This document shows positions 1 to 12,807 of a stretch of DNA of 64,000 nt, one piece after another (within the stretch, counting starts at the first letter, position 1; each line of letters opens with the position of its first letter). The stretch covers positions 248,001 through 312,000 of the forward strand of contig JAPMXV010000007.1 of NCBI GenBank assembly GCA_026936335.1, given 5' to 3'. The position numbers and the translations under genes were made by a program. The notes under the pieces are model-generated. The model saw nothing but the letters and a program-made list of their open reading frames with translations. It made no database searches and was not told where the DNA came from. Source of the DNA: Mantamonas sphyraenae STR306. Lineage: Eukaryota; Protista; CRuMs.

Positions 1-1017
1 AAGCTTCCGCACACGTCGACGCTCCCTACGCTCGCGTCGTGCCATCTTACGCTCCAGAATTGCATTCACAGTTTCTGCTGTGGGTCGGTTTACACTCAGC
101 CGTTCCATCAGCATTTCTGTGCTCGGTACGCCCCCGCTGGCGCCGTCCATTTGTTGCAGTTCCTGCGAGGTGGTTCGCGTGTGGTGGTCCCACGTCCCGT
201 GTCAGTCCACACGTATGCACACACATGGCACATGGCACATGGGCACACGGCACCCTCTGCCTCGCCCATCATCTCTTGTGTCCTGCCATTCACACTCTCC
301 CACGCTCTCTACACGCCAAAAAAGAGGCTGACTCACCGTAAAGTCGGCCCGCTGAGTGCGTCGCCGCTTGCCCGTTCGCGGCATGACGACGGCCTCAGCT
401 GGCTTGCCTGGCAAGGATGTTGCAGACGCCACCTTGCGTTTGGGCTGCATGCGTGCGTAGGAATGGAGTACGATGTTGTCAGTGAGTGTGCGTGTGTGTG
501 GGTGTCTCGAGACGGAATGCGCGCCCAGGACGCCTTTGGCTTCCCGGCAGCAGCTCACCTCCCACTCCTCGTCATCGTTGCCTGCGTCCCACGCATCTGC
601 TTCCTCCTCCTCGTCCGTCTCCTCGCCCACAAACTCCTCTTCCTCTTCGTCGTCGTCGTCGTCTGTCCATTGGTCATCCGCATCCTCCTCGTCCTCCTCC
701 TCGTCCCACGACGTCTCCCGCCGCTTTCGCTTCCCTTTGCCCTTCTCCTTGCTTCCTGCCCTGCCGTTGGCTCCCGCGCGTGCTTCGCTCACAGTCTCCT
801 CTCGCTTTACGGCCGCACTGGGGTCTTCTGCGTCGATGTCGATCCCCTCCTCCCGCAGCTTCGCCGCCCAAGTGTCGCGGATCAGCTGCGCCGCACTCGT
901 TTCCATCCTCTCCTCCCGCTTCATCCGCTCCACCATCGCCTTGACCACGGAGCGGTAGAACGCAACCACCTGCCACTGTGCAGTCGAGTTTCGGTACGAA
1001 TCGTGGTCCAGTTTCAT
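1..1017 (-). CDS. TFIIA large (alpha/beta) subunit-like protein; spliced, runs off the left edge
   Basis: ATG at 1017. The N-terminal VVAFYRSVVKAMVERMK...LIRDTWAAKL resembles the TFIIA alpha helices, followed by an acidic tract. After a GTGAG...CAG intron (336-163) the frame continues ELQQMDGASGG, similar to the TFIIA QVDG motif. The C-terminal beta domain is not in the window. Confidence 0.5.
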
Positions 1018-1113
1018 GGAGGTGAAGGGGGAGGGGAAGGAGAAAGGCTGGCAGACGCCGCGCCGCCCCTGCCGCCACCGCAAAAACGAAACAACTTCAT
1101 AACTTCACACGCA

Positions 1114-2845
<1,732 letters not shown>

Positions 2846-2919
2846 TCCTGAAATCGGTACAATACAAATTGGGATCCTGTGTGGTGTGTTTGCCATCCCA
2901 TCCCATCAAATGGAGCCGT

Positions 2920-3770
2920 TCATTCATCGCTGCTCTTGCTCTTTTTGCTATCCCGTTCCTCCTCGGCCTCGTCTTGCGGCTCCACGGAGGTGGTGGCACT
3001 GGATTTCGATGCCGACGACGATGACTGCTCGGGCAGTTGCTTGCCCTGCTGTGCCCTGCCCTTGCGCACGGCGCTGGGCAAGATGTTGTTGAGTTGGCTT
3101 TTCAGGTCACCCGTACCCTGCAGCTGTGTGTCGCTGCTCACATTCAGGTCCACCTCTTCGCCAATCTGATCCATGTCCAGGTGGAACACGTGCATGAGCT
3201 TGCCGCTGCTGCTTGCGCCCTCACGCAGGGTCACCACAAGGCGGTCGCCGTCGCCCGTCAATGCCATGCCACACGGACACCCTGCCAGTGCCTTGGATCC
3301 GGCCAGCGTCACACTGTGGCCATGCACAGCCAGAAGCAAGACGTACTGAAGACCCTCCACAAGCACGGCCAGAGTGACGCGTGAGCCACGGGCAACCTGC
3401 GCTGTTTCCACCTCCATGGCATCGGTGAGGCTTCCTTCCAACTCCTGCCCCTCCATGCTGCTTTCATACACCTGTTCCATGCCCATGATGGCATACTCCA
3501 CCAGAGATGCATCCACAGCCTCCTCTGCACCCCGTTTGCGCTTGCTTTGCTCCCTCACAAGCTCTTGCACCGCTCCGCTGATGTCCAGCGATCCCAACTC
3601 CCTTCCCTCCAGGTAGTCCCACACCTTGACCGTGCCGTCACACGATCCACTCACCACACGCGAGTCGTCGAGCGGCCACACACAGGACACGGATCTTGAG
3701 AAATTGCAGCACCCTGCCGTCAGCATCACAACACACAATACCACACGCTTACACATCCCACAGGCACTCG

Positions 3771-3801
<31 letters not shown>

Positions 3802-4361
3802 CGGCACACCCGCACACACGTAACGCACTGTGAATGGCCCAGAAGGAAGCTTTGGACGACATAGGCGTGCGGGAACCGTGACACGCGCACCTTTTCGTCT
3901 TTGTCGGCGCTGAAGATGAACGCTGCGTCCGGAGAGAGGGCCAGGGCATTGATGGTGGACACGTGGCCCATGAGACGGTACTGAATGTTGAGGTCGGGGA
4001 AGGAGGAGACGAGCACATCGCCAAAACGGTTGGCCATGATGGCACAGACCTCGCCTTCGATGGTGGCCACGAGCATGGAGCTCATCTTCTTGCTGCTCTT
4101 TACTTCGCTCACGACCTCCAGCGTGTCGGCACGAAGGCATTGCACCTTTTTGTTGTTCAGTGCCACCAACAGGTGTGTGTCGTCGCCACTGTATGTCATG
4201 CACGCGGCCACACTCTCCAGCGTGGTGGTCGCCAACACGCGGTCGCTGCCGACGTCCACCACACTCAGCACCGCACCCGAACACACGGCAACCGCCTGCG
4301 AATCGCCGTTGCCTTGGCTGCACACCAATCCCACGGGCAACTGCTGTTGTGCTTTGGACAT
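2920..4361 (-). CDS. WDR4: tRNA m7G46 methyltransferase non-catalytic WD40 subunit (Trm82/WDR4); one intron at about 3696-3828
   Basis: ANRFGDV, MGHVSTI, SADKDEKVRVSRFPHAYVVQSFLLGH and VVSGSCDGTVKVWDY are Trm82/WDR4-type motifs. Confidence 0.88.
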
Positions 4362-4487
4362 TGGTTGGGGTGGGTCAAATCGTGGGGATGCGGGAGAGCG
4401 TGTGTATTGCTGTGTGTGATCTGCACAAACAGAGAGAGAGAGTGTGTGTGTGTGCGCGTGTGTGTGTGTGTGACACAATGGGATTTG

Positions 4488-5702
4488 CTACACCGATGTG
4501 ATTCCCAGCTGGGAAAACAGTTTCTGGACCATGATGAGATAGGCCGAGAGGATAAGAGAGAGGAGCTTGGCCACCCAGCTGTAGGTGACAGTGCTGCCAT
4601 ACACAGTGGCACCCTGTTTCTCCAAGGAAAGGCAATGGAGCAGATCCGCAACCTGAGTGCGTCGTTGGATGTCCGCGGCATCCTCGTTTCCCACTTCGAC
4701 GGAACGATGGAGGAGAGCAGCAGCGGCCACACGCACACGAGTGTGCATGTGTGTGAGGTTGGCCAGAGAGACCCATTGCCAGAGGACAGGCACGAGGTAG
4801 ATGACCAGAAGCTGGGTGGTGTTGAGGAGCAAGTTGATGGTGGTGGTGGGATCCAAGGAAAACACAAGTGTGAAGAAGGCCTGGACCAGGAGTTGCACAA
4901 CCACCAGAGATCCCATGAGGGCCAACCATCCTTGCAGGCGTCCCATCCACAGCTGTTGCAGGCCGCGGAGACGTTTGAGCTCGTTCCACAACTGTTGAGG
5001 CACCACCTGGGCCACATCCTTCTCCATGCGCAGGAGCATTTGGTGGAGTGAGGTGAAACGTGCAAACAGACTGTCGACCGTGAGCATGACCAGTGCCAGG
5101 GAGATGGAACACAGGTTCAACACGGCGAGGGTGGTGGGGATCTGCGTCAACAGGTACAACCACAGGTTGGGGACGTCCTGCATGCGACTGAGCTGCACAG
5201 TGTAGCTGAGAATGGTCATGCCAATGGGCATCAGAGGAAACAGCCAGTTGGCAAAGTGGAGACGCCGACGGAAATGGGCCCACGCAGCGTCGTCCCGCTC
5301 TCGGTACAGTGCCACAACCACACGAGGCAGCAGATTGTACTTGTACGACAGATACAGGGTGCACGTAGGCATGCACAGGAAAAACAGCAGCATGGCGCTG
5401 TAGTTGATCAGCACCAACGTCTGTACACTTCGAACAATGAGCACCCCCACAAATTCCAGGTACGACACCGTGTACAACACCAACAACAGGGAGTGGATCA
5501 CCACCCAGAGTTTGGAGCCCCACCTGCGTTGGGACCAGGGGCGTGGCACCACACAGGCGAACTCCAGCCACCATCGCAACACATTGGCCTCTTGACGCAT
5601 CACAGTGTCAAACACCTCCTCGTCCGATCCCGACGCCGTGTACTTGGAGACCACTTGTAAGGATCCCGCCACGTGCAACGGAGCATCTGCAGATGAGCTC
5701 AT
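4488..5702 (-). CDS. 7-TM ion-channel superfamily protein, gustatory-receptor-like (GRL; insect OR/GR superfamily), intronless, about 404 aa
   Basis: Seven hydrophobic segments, no signal peptide, and long helical loops after TM4 and TM6. The C-terminal GATVYGSTVTYSWVAKLLSLILSAYLIMVQKL matches the GR TM7 pattern (G..i....l..i...TYhhhhhQ). Confidence 0.7.
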   Translation of the reverse strand: MSSSADAPLHVAGSLQVVSKYTASGSDEEVFDTVMRQEANVLRWWLEFACVVPRPWSQRRWGSKLWVVIHSLLLVLYTVSYLEFVGVLIVRSVQTLVLINYSAMLLFFLCMPTCTLYLSYKYNLLPRVVVALYRERDDAAWAHFRRRLHFANWLFPLMPIGMTILSYTVQLSRMQDVPNLWLYLLTQIPTTLAVLNLCSISLALVMLTVDSLFARFTSLHQMLLRMEKDVAQVVPQQLWNELKRLRGLQQLWMGRLQGWLALMGSLVVVQLLVQAFFTLVFSLDPTTTINLLLNTTQLLVIYLVPVLWQWVSLANLTHMHTRVRVAAAALLHRSVEVGNEDAADIQRRTQVADLLHCLSLEKQGATVYGSTVTYSWVAKLLSLILSAYLIMVQKLFSQLGITSV

Positions 5703-5841
5703 TGCGTGAGGTGGGGGGGAAGGGGTGGAAAAGTTGGAGGCGGGGCCGGAAGCCACACTCCGAGAACTTCATTTGTTGCTGCAAGACTCACACACAAAGG
5801 AAGGAGGGTGGTGGATGGTGGTGATAACAGGTGTATAGGTG

Positions 5842-6673
5842 TCAAATCATTCCCGTACGCACAAGTCGACGATACTGCTGTGAGGCAAACACACGACGGA
5901 GTCGAAGGCCGACAGCGAGGAGAAGGGAGAGGCCCATGAGAGAACCGATGATGACTGCAGCGATGGTGCGTGTGCTCCACCCATCGCCATTGAATGGGTT
6001 CCACGAGTTGGGGGTTGTGCGCGGCACAATCTTGGCATTGGCACAGTTGTAGTACTTGCCCATGCTCAACACTGGTGTGCGCACGTGAGGGTGTGTGACC
6101 ATGAGGGTGAGTGTCCATGATGAATAACAAGGGAAAGGCAAAGGGGGGGCGTGGGGTGGAGGGAAGGGAATCCCATGAGCATACGTTGGATGGTGCACTT
6201 GTTGCAGAAGCGAGAGGCAGGCAGTTGCAACGCGCGTGTGTACGGCCCCTCGACGACGTTGAGGGCATTGTCGGTGAGCACGACGACGTCTGGGTTGTCT
6301 GTGGCAAAGTCGTCCTTGCCAGCGTAGTTGACAGCCACACGGAAGGGCTCTGTGTTGTCCTGGGCAAGCAGTTCCCACTGGAAAATGTACTGTGCGGGGC
6401 GGGGATTCCAACACGCGGGGGCTTGGGTCAGCCACGATCCAACGGGGAAGGGGGGGGGGAGGGAGCATCCATGCCATGTGCACATACCATGTCGCCGGCA
6501 ATGATGGTGGTGCGCACTTGTGTGGCGTCGTCCAAGGAATCGCCACAGGGACCCTGCGACGACGCACGCACCACCCTGGGCATGGGTTGCGTCATCAGCA
6601 CGTGCGCCTGCGTTGTGTGGAGGAGCAGCACACACAATGATAGCAGCAATCCAGCATGTTTGATCTGCTTCAT
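5842..6673 (-). CDS. Secreted type-I membrane LPMO-fold-like protein (3 exons: 6673-6488, 6389-6185, 6071-5842)
   Basis: Signal peptide ending TQA, then His1 (HVLMTQPMPR), GPCG, W...FRVAV, CNKCTIQL..M..YYNCA, then a C-terminal TM helix and basic tail. Confidence 0.6.
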
Positions 6674-6723
6674 TTCGTCCTGATTTTCCCCTGGTCCCCC
6701 CACCGCAGCAATGGCAGCATGAC

Positions 6724-7516
6724 TCAAATATCCACAATGACCGACACGTGTGCTGAGCCGCGTGGGTTATCCTTCAGATCCTCGGCTATTTCCATGGCTG
6801 AGTACGTGATGGCCTTGACCTCGGTGCCCTGCGGGTGTTTGCTGAGGTCAAACTCTTCGCCGTGCGACGTGGCCTCGATGCTAAACGCCTCGCGGTCAAA
6901 CTTGGTGATGACCACGCGTTTGGCACAGTGGAACTCGCCTGTGAATGTAAAGAGCAACTCGTCGAGAAAGTTGAACAGCAGCGACTTGAGATCGTGGCCC
7001 GTCACCGAGATCTCCATCTCCGCCGCCTCCTCCACGTACTCCAGCTCCGTGATGTAGTCAAACATCCCGTGCGCCGCATTCTCAAACGCCTCTTTCAACG
7101 AATCGCCCCATGCGTGGATTTTGATGTCTGCGGTGTGGTCCAGATCTGTGCCGTTCGTGGAAAAAGGGTCGAAAGGGGGTGAGTGTCAGCCACACCCACA
7201 CACCCGCACACCCGCAACCCCCTCCCCTCCATCCCTCCACACACCCACATTCATATTTCTTCCCCTCCATGCGCTTGCGTTCGCCAGCTGCCGTCACTGC
7301 GGTTTCAAAGCCTGCGTGCGACAAGACGGTTTCGATGACGGTGGCGTTCTTCTCGTTGTCGTTGTTGTCGTCGTCCTCTGCTGCTCGAGCTGCCTTTGTC
7401 GACGGCTCCTCACTTGTCATGTCCTCTGCATCCAACACGCCCTCTTGTCCCTCTTGCACGTTCCCCGGCTCCTGTCCCTCTTCCTCTGCTTCCTCGCGAC
7501 TGCGTTTCGTCGACAT
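6724..7516 (-). CDS. ZBTB8OS: Archease (RtcB tRNA-ligase cofactor) with acidic N-terminal extension; intron 7146-7248
   Basis: Splicing gives [24 protein letters not shown], followed by [12 protein letters not shown] and [15 protein letters not shown]. Confidence 0.93.
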
Positions 7517-7586
7517 GGCTGTGGTGCTGGCTGCCCCGCCGCGCCTGCCAACCCAAAAAGCCAGGAAAGAAGCAGCAATAGCAGCA

Positions 7587-9157
7587 ATGAGCAGCAGCAG
7601 TGATGACACCACATCTACAACGACGATGACCGACTCGTACGAGTACATGTCTGGGTTTGGCAACGAGTTTGAGACGGAAGCTCTGGACGGGGCACTGCCC
7701 AAGGGCCAGAATTCGCCTCAGCGATGCCCCTACGGTCTGTTTGCTGAGCAACTGTCCGGATCGGCGTTTACGGTGCCCCGGGACAGGCAGCAGCGTTCGT
7801 GGCTGTACCGTGTCTTGCCCACCGTGGCCATGACCGGGAAGTACGAACCGCTTGAGGGCTCGTATGTGCTCAAGCCCACCTTGAGCAAGGAGGTAGGTGG
7901 CATGAGCGGACCAACACGAGTGTGTTGCACCCGTGTGCGGTGTCCACGGACGCGTGCATGTTCAGTGCAGGTGGAAACACGCGTGCTTTCCAGAATGTTC
8001 GGGGTGATTTTCCCACCCTCCCCTTCCCATGCACTCACACGACAATCCCAATGCCGTGCCGTGCGCAGAACTTTACGCCCCAGCAGCTGCGTTGGTCGCC
8101 TGCGGATCTGCCGGGTGAGGAGCAGTCTGTGAACTGGTACCAGGGCCTGCAGTGCGTGTGTGGTGCGGGCGATCCCTCTCAAAAGTCGGGGCTGGCCATG
8201 TACGTGTATGCCATCAACGCCGGCATGGAGAACGAGGCATTCTACTCTGCGGACGGAGACATTCTGATTGTGCCCCAGCACGGTGCACTGGACATTACGA
8301 CGGAGATGGGCAAGCTGCTTGTGCAGCCGGGAGAGATTGCCGTCGTGCAGCGTGGCATCAAGTATGCAGTGGACGTCCCCGAGGGACCTGCACGTGGGTA
8401 TGCATTGGAAGTGTACAACGGTCACTTCCGTCTGCCCGATTTGGGGCCGATTGGGTCGAACGGGCTTGCGAATCCCCGTGATTTCCAGACGCCTGTGGCG
8501 GCGTACGAAGACCGGGACTGTGAGTTCAAGGTGGTGGGAAAGTATGCCGGGGAGTTGTACACGTACATGAGTCCCTGTTCGGTGTTCAACGTGGTGGCGT
8601 GGCATGGCAACTATGCGCCGTACAAGTACGACCTGTCGTTGTTTATGACCCACAACACAGTGAGCTTCGACCACACCGACCCGTCCATCTTTACCGTGCT
8701 CACGTGTCCCTCCAACGAGCCCGGTGTGGCAGTGGCCGACTTTGTCATCTTTCCCGAACGGTGGGTGGTGCAGGAACACAGCTTCCGGCCGCCGTACTAC
8801 CATCGCAACACCATGTCCGAGTTTATGGGCTTGATCAAGGGAGAGTATGATGCCAAGGAGCAGGGCAGTGCTGAGAATGGCTTCTTCCCCGGTGGTGCCT
8901 CGTTGCACTCGTGCATGAGCGGCCACGGGCCGGACGAGCCTGCGTTTGAAAAGGCCTCCAACGCCAAATTGGAGCCCATGAAGTATGAGAACACGCTGGC
9001 GTTTATGTTTGAGACCACATACATGTTGGCCCTGGGCGACTGTGACTACACGGCCAACAAGGAGCAGTCGCAGTATTGGGAGTGCTGGAAGGATCTCAGG
9101 AAGCGATTTGACCCGGAAAACATCAAGGGCAAGTGGGATGTGGAGTTGGAGGAGTGA
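7587..9157 (+). CDS. HGD: Homogentisate 1,2-dioxygenase (exons 7587-7892, 8069-9157; about 464 aa)
   Basis: [109 protein letters not shown]. Confidence 0.97.
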
Positions 9158-9206
9158 TGTGCATGGGATGTGCAAATGCACGCAATTGAACAATGGAAAG
9201 GGTCAT

Positions 9207-10517
9207 TCACCACACCAGCCATCCGATCACTTTGTGAAGCACCTCGTCGGGTTGGGTGACCCATCCCTGCCAGTCGTGGACCAGGGCATACTCTTGAAAG
9301 GACCCACGGGCAAACATAACGTCTCGTTGGTCGGTGTTCATGCACAGGAGCGTCTCGACAGCTTGATCCGCACATGTTGGCCACGCACAGTGCACGTGTG
9401 GACTCCACGCACGCTCCACGACAGCCATCACCATGGCGGAGCAGCGTGTGACCTCTTTCTGTCTGCGTACGTCGTCAAGGGGAGAGGATGAGGACAGCCC
9501 CGAGCGGAGGTTGGGATCTGCCCCACGACGCAGCAGTGCAGCACACATGGTTGCGTCGTCACACTCCACCGCCACACCCAACCCAGTGTTCTTCTTCCCC
9601 GAGCTGTACACGTGTCGCCACGTGTCCACATGAACGCCCTCGTCGTCGATGAGACGCGTCGCCGTGTCGACGTCGCCTGCGTCCACCGCATCGATGAACG
9701 CAACCATGTTGAGTCTGTTGCTCAACAGTGCGTTGGCAAAGGGGTCTTGCAGTGATGTGCCCACCTTCCAGCAAGATGTGTTCTTGCGTACGGCTGGTTC
9801 AAGCAGGTCAAAGTGCTTGATCAGCACCTCATGGGCCAGGCTGAAGATCTGGATGCTTGTGTTGTGTGCCAAGCCCGAGGCCAAAGCGGCCACACCCTCG
9901 TGGGTGAGTGCCTCGTCGTTGCTCAGCTCGAGGACGTGGATGCGTCTGCTGTTCGCCAACTCGACCCCAATCGCAGCAGCTGCACGATCGCCCACGGGGT
10001 TCTCTGCGAGGTTCAATATGTTGACAGTAGCCACCAACGGTGCCAACTGTTCGGCTGCGTCATCCCCGATGCTGTTGTAGCTGAGGTCCACCGCGCAAAG
10101 TGACAAGCAGCCGCGCAGTGCCTCTGCAAGTGCCATCCCGCCAACTTCACCAATGCCACAATCGCTGATGCATACTTCAGACAGCTGAACCGGCCTGCGC
10201 ATGATTTCCTGCGCCAGAGCCACCGCGCCGGCGTCCAGAATCGTCACGCTGCGCAAATCAAGCACGCGCATCGATGGGTTGTGAACTATGGAAGCCAGCG
10301 ACGTGCATGCAGTGTCTGATAGTGTGCATGAAGTGACTGTCATGTGTTCCAGGAATTTGCATTGGCACAGAGCGTGTGTGAGGGTGTGGAAGCCCGTCTC
10401 GCTCGCAGAAAGGTGCACAAGGAGACAACTGGTTGCTGTTGAGCCCCGCAGTGATTGTGCAATGTCCACACACTGTGTATCTGTGTAGTGGGAGTCCAAG
10501 AGCTTGATGGAGGTCAT
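9207..10517 (-). CDS. RI-like leucine-rich-repeat + ankyrin-repeat protein with C-terminal F-box/SOCS-like motif (paralogue 2)
   Basis: LRRs (LDLRSVTILDAGAVALA, VDLSYNSIGDDAAEQLA), ankyrin-like TGLGVAVECDDATMCAALLRRGADPN, and C-terminal WSPHVH...QPDEVLHKVIGWL. Confidence 0.8.
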   Translation of the reverse strand: MTSIKLLDSHYTDTQCVDIAQSLRGSTATSCLLVHLSASETGFHTLTHALCQCKFLEHMTVTSCTLSDTACTSLASIVHNPSMRVLDLRSVTILDAGAVALAQEIMRRPVQLSEVCISDCGIGEVGGMALAEALRGCLSLCAVDLSYNSIGDDAAEQLAPLVATVNILNLAENPVGDRAAAAIGVELANSRRIHVLELSNDEALTHEGVAALASGLAHNTSIQIFSLAHEVLIKHFDLLEPAVRKNTSCWKVGTSLQDPFANALLSNRLNMVAFIDAVDAGDVDTATRLIDDEGVHVDTWRHVYSSGKKNTGLGVAVECDDATMCAALLRRGADPNLRSGLSSSSPLDDVRRQKEVTRCSAMVMAVVERAWSPHVHCAWPTCADQAVETLLCMNTDQRDVMFARGSFQEYALVHDWQGWVTQPDEVLHKVIGWLVW

Positions 10518-10529
10518 GGGGACTGACAA

Positions 10530-12583
10530 CTATTTGTCTTGCTCTTCCTCACGCACACCCCCTCCTCTGCCAAACCGGATCGGTTTCACTGATCCACCAT
10601 CATCATTCCCACGTGGAGTTGCACGTGTGCCCCGCTTCTTGTTGCTGTTCCCTCTCGACGCCGAAAATCTCCCACCCTGCACCTTGGGTGTCGCCGTGTC
10701 TCCCGCCCAGTCCTTGGGGGGTTTGAACGACACAACCTGCACCGTTGGTTCGTTGTCTTTGTTGTCTTTGTCCTCTTTGCCCTTGCGATGCTGTCGTCTC
10801 TCCCTGTTTCTGCGTTTCCGTTGCACAGCGCGACCTGAACTCGGCTGATGGGGTTCGCTCTCGTCGGTCTTTTCACCTGTTTGTTGTTTCTCTTTGTTGC
10901 TCACCAGCTCCAGAAGCTCGTTCAGCTCCTGTTGCTTGTCCGACCGCTGTTTCGCGCTCAACCTTGTTGGCCGTCTGGGTCCCGCATCCGTTGCCATCCA
11001 CCGTAGCACCTTGTCCATCACCTCGTCCGGAAGCGTGCACCACAGGGCGCTGGGTTTGTACTCGTCCATGCCGCCAGCCTCGAACATGAGAAACCGTTCG
11101 CTCAGATTGAGCATCACCACTGTCTCCATCTCCTCATCCAGTGCCCTTCCGTACAACCAGTGCCACTCCTTGCGCCAACACGCGCCTAAAGCCACCTCTG
11201 ATGCGCATTTTGTGTCGCCATCGTGCTTCACCCATGGCTGCGCACCCATCTCTTGCAACAACGCTACCACGGCGTCGTCCTCCCGTGCCACTGCCTGGGC
11301 CAACGCAGTGCCTTTCTCCCTCCACACCGTCGTGTTTGCATTCACACCCCGTGATTTCAGCTCCTTCATCGTCTGCACATCTGATTTGCTGGCGGCTTCG
11401 ACGAAATCCCATGCGCGGTTCCAATTGGCGTTTGCTGCTTGACTGGGCACTGATTCGCAAGTCTTGTTGTGTCGTACCACTTCTCGTCTCCATGCAAAAT
11501 CACCCACGATGTTCTGTAGGGTGGTGTTGTGCATGAGGAGCGCGGACAAGGCATCGGCGCCCTCTTTGGGGATCAGGTTGAACATGAGATCCAACGTGTG
11601 CAATGTGCTGTTGTCCTCCAAGGCGATGGCCAATGCCACAGCCCCCTTTGCGCCAAAGTCGTTCGAGGAAAGATCCAACTTTTGCAGTGTCGCGTTGTCC
11701 ACGAGTCCCATGCACAGAGAGATGCACCCATCATCTCCAAGAGACGTGTAAGCCAGGCCCAACGAATGCAGCGTCTCGTTCTTCTGCAATGCGTTGGCCA
11801 GTGCTGCTGCTCCTGTGGGGCCAATGTGGTTCTCCACAAGGATGAGGGTCTGCAGTGAGGTGTTGTCCTCCAACGCAGCCGCCAGGGCCAGCATGCCCTC
11901 ACTCCCAATCATGCTATCTTCCAAATCCAAGTACTGTAGAGCCGTGTCTCCTTGCAACACAGTGGACAGAGCACATGCACCTGTGTCCGTGAGTTTGTTG
12001 AACGCGAGCTTCAACCACGACAGCGTCGTGTTTGCTCGCAGCGCGTTGGACAATGCCTCGGCACCTGCCACGCCAATGTGGTTGCTTGAAAGATCCAGTG
12101 TTTGCAGTGTCGAGTTGTGGTGCAGACCCTCGGCCAGGGCAGCGACACCGTCGTCCCCGAGGTTGTTCATGCGCAAGTTCAACCGCTGCAGGGACGCATT
12201 CACCTGCAGCAGTGTTCCCAATGCGGTCGCACCATCCTCATGTATGTCATTGCCTCCCAGGTCCAAACACGTGAGTGTTGTGTTGTTGTGCAGGGCCACA
12301 GCAAGCGCCTCGGTTCCTTCGTTTCCAATTTTGGCGTAGAAAAGGTTCAGGGTGCGCAGCGGGGTGTTGTCTCGCAACGCCAAGGAAAGAGTCACCACCA
12401 TCTCCACGCTGTCAATGTCCACGTGGTCAAAGTCGAGTGACTGCCGCTGTGTGTGAGTTTTCTTCGTATCGGGCATCACACTCTGTCCTGCCGTACCTCC
12501 CCGACCATGCGCATCGCCTCTGCTGTCCCGTCAACGTCTCCGCTGTTCAACAAATACCTCCAATTGATGTCAGCGCTGTCCAT
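10530..12583 (-). CDS. RI-like (28-aa) leucine-rich-repeat + ankyrin protein with F-box/SOCS-like motif (paralogue 1); probable short first exon 12583-12497 and 50-nt intron
   Basis: About 10 regular LRRs (N.tL..LdL..N.ig..Ga.aLa.aL), ankyrin-like GTALAQAVAREDDAVVALLQEMGA, and LPDEVMDKVLRWM. A GTACG...CACAG intron at 12496-12447 keeps the frame. Confidence 0.85.
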
Positions 12584-12807
12584 GGTGACGGACAATGGAG
12601 AAATTGGTCGCACCTGCGCTTCAGCACACCACCACGCTCTGCACAACAAACAGCAACGCATGGAATGGCTCACAGGGAAACATGGAAATCCCTCCCCTCC
12701 CCCCCCCCCACTCCCCCACATGGAAGCACACCATGCGCAATCCAACCACCACTGTGCTCCCGCTGCTGCGCGGGGGAACCCATCTTGAAACAGACACAAC
12801 GCACAAG

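Noticed and set aside
108-293. ORF containing RNCNKW, superficially like the TFIIA C-terminal RSKNKW motif
   Set aside because: The splice phase from the upstream exon selects the other frame (ELQQMDGA...), which stays open to the window edge. The NKW frame stops shortly afterwards.
2920-7516. Two tRNA-maturation cofactors (WDR4, archease) close together as a functional cluster
   Set aside because: They act in different pathways and their catalytic partners are not in the window; chance proximity is sufficient.
12476-12799. Small ORF whose TGA overlaps an ATG of the LRR gene (apparent translational coupling)
   Set aside because: Better explained as exon 1 of the LRR gene, joined by a 50-nt GTACG...CACAG intron.
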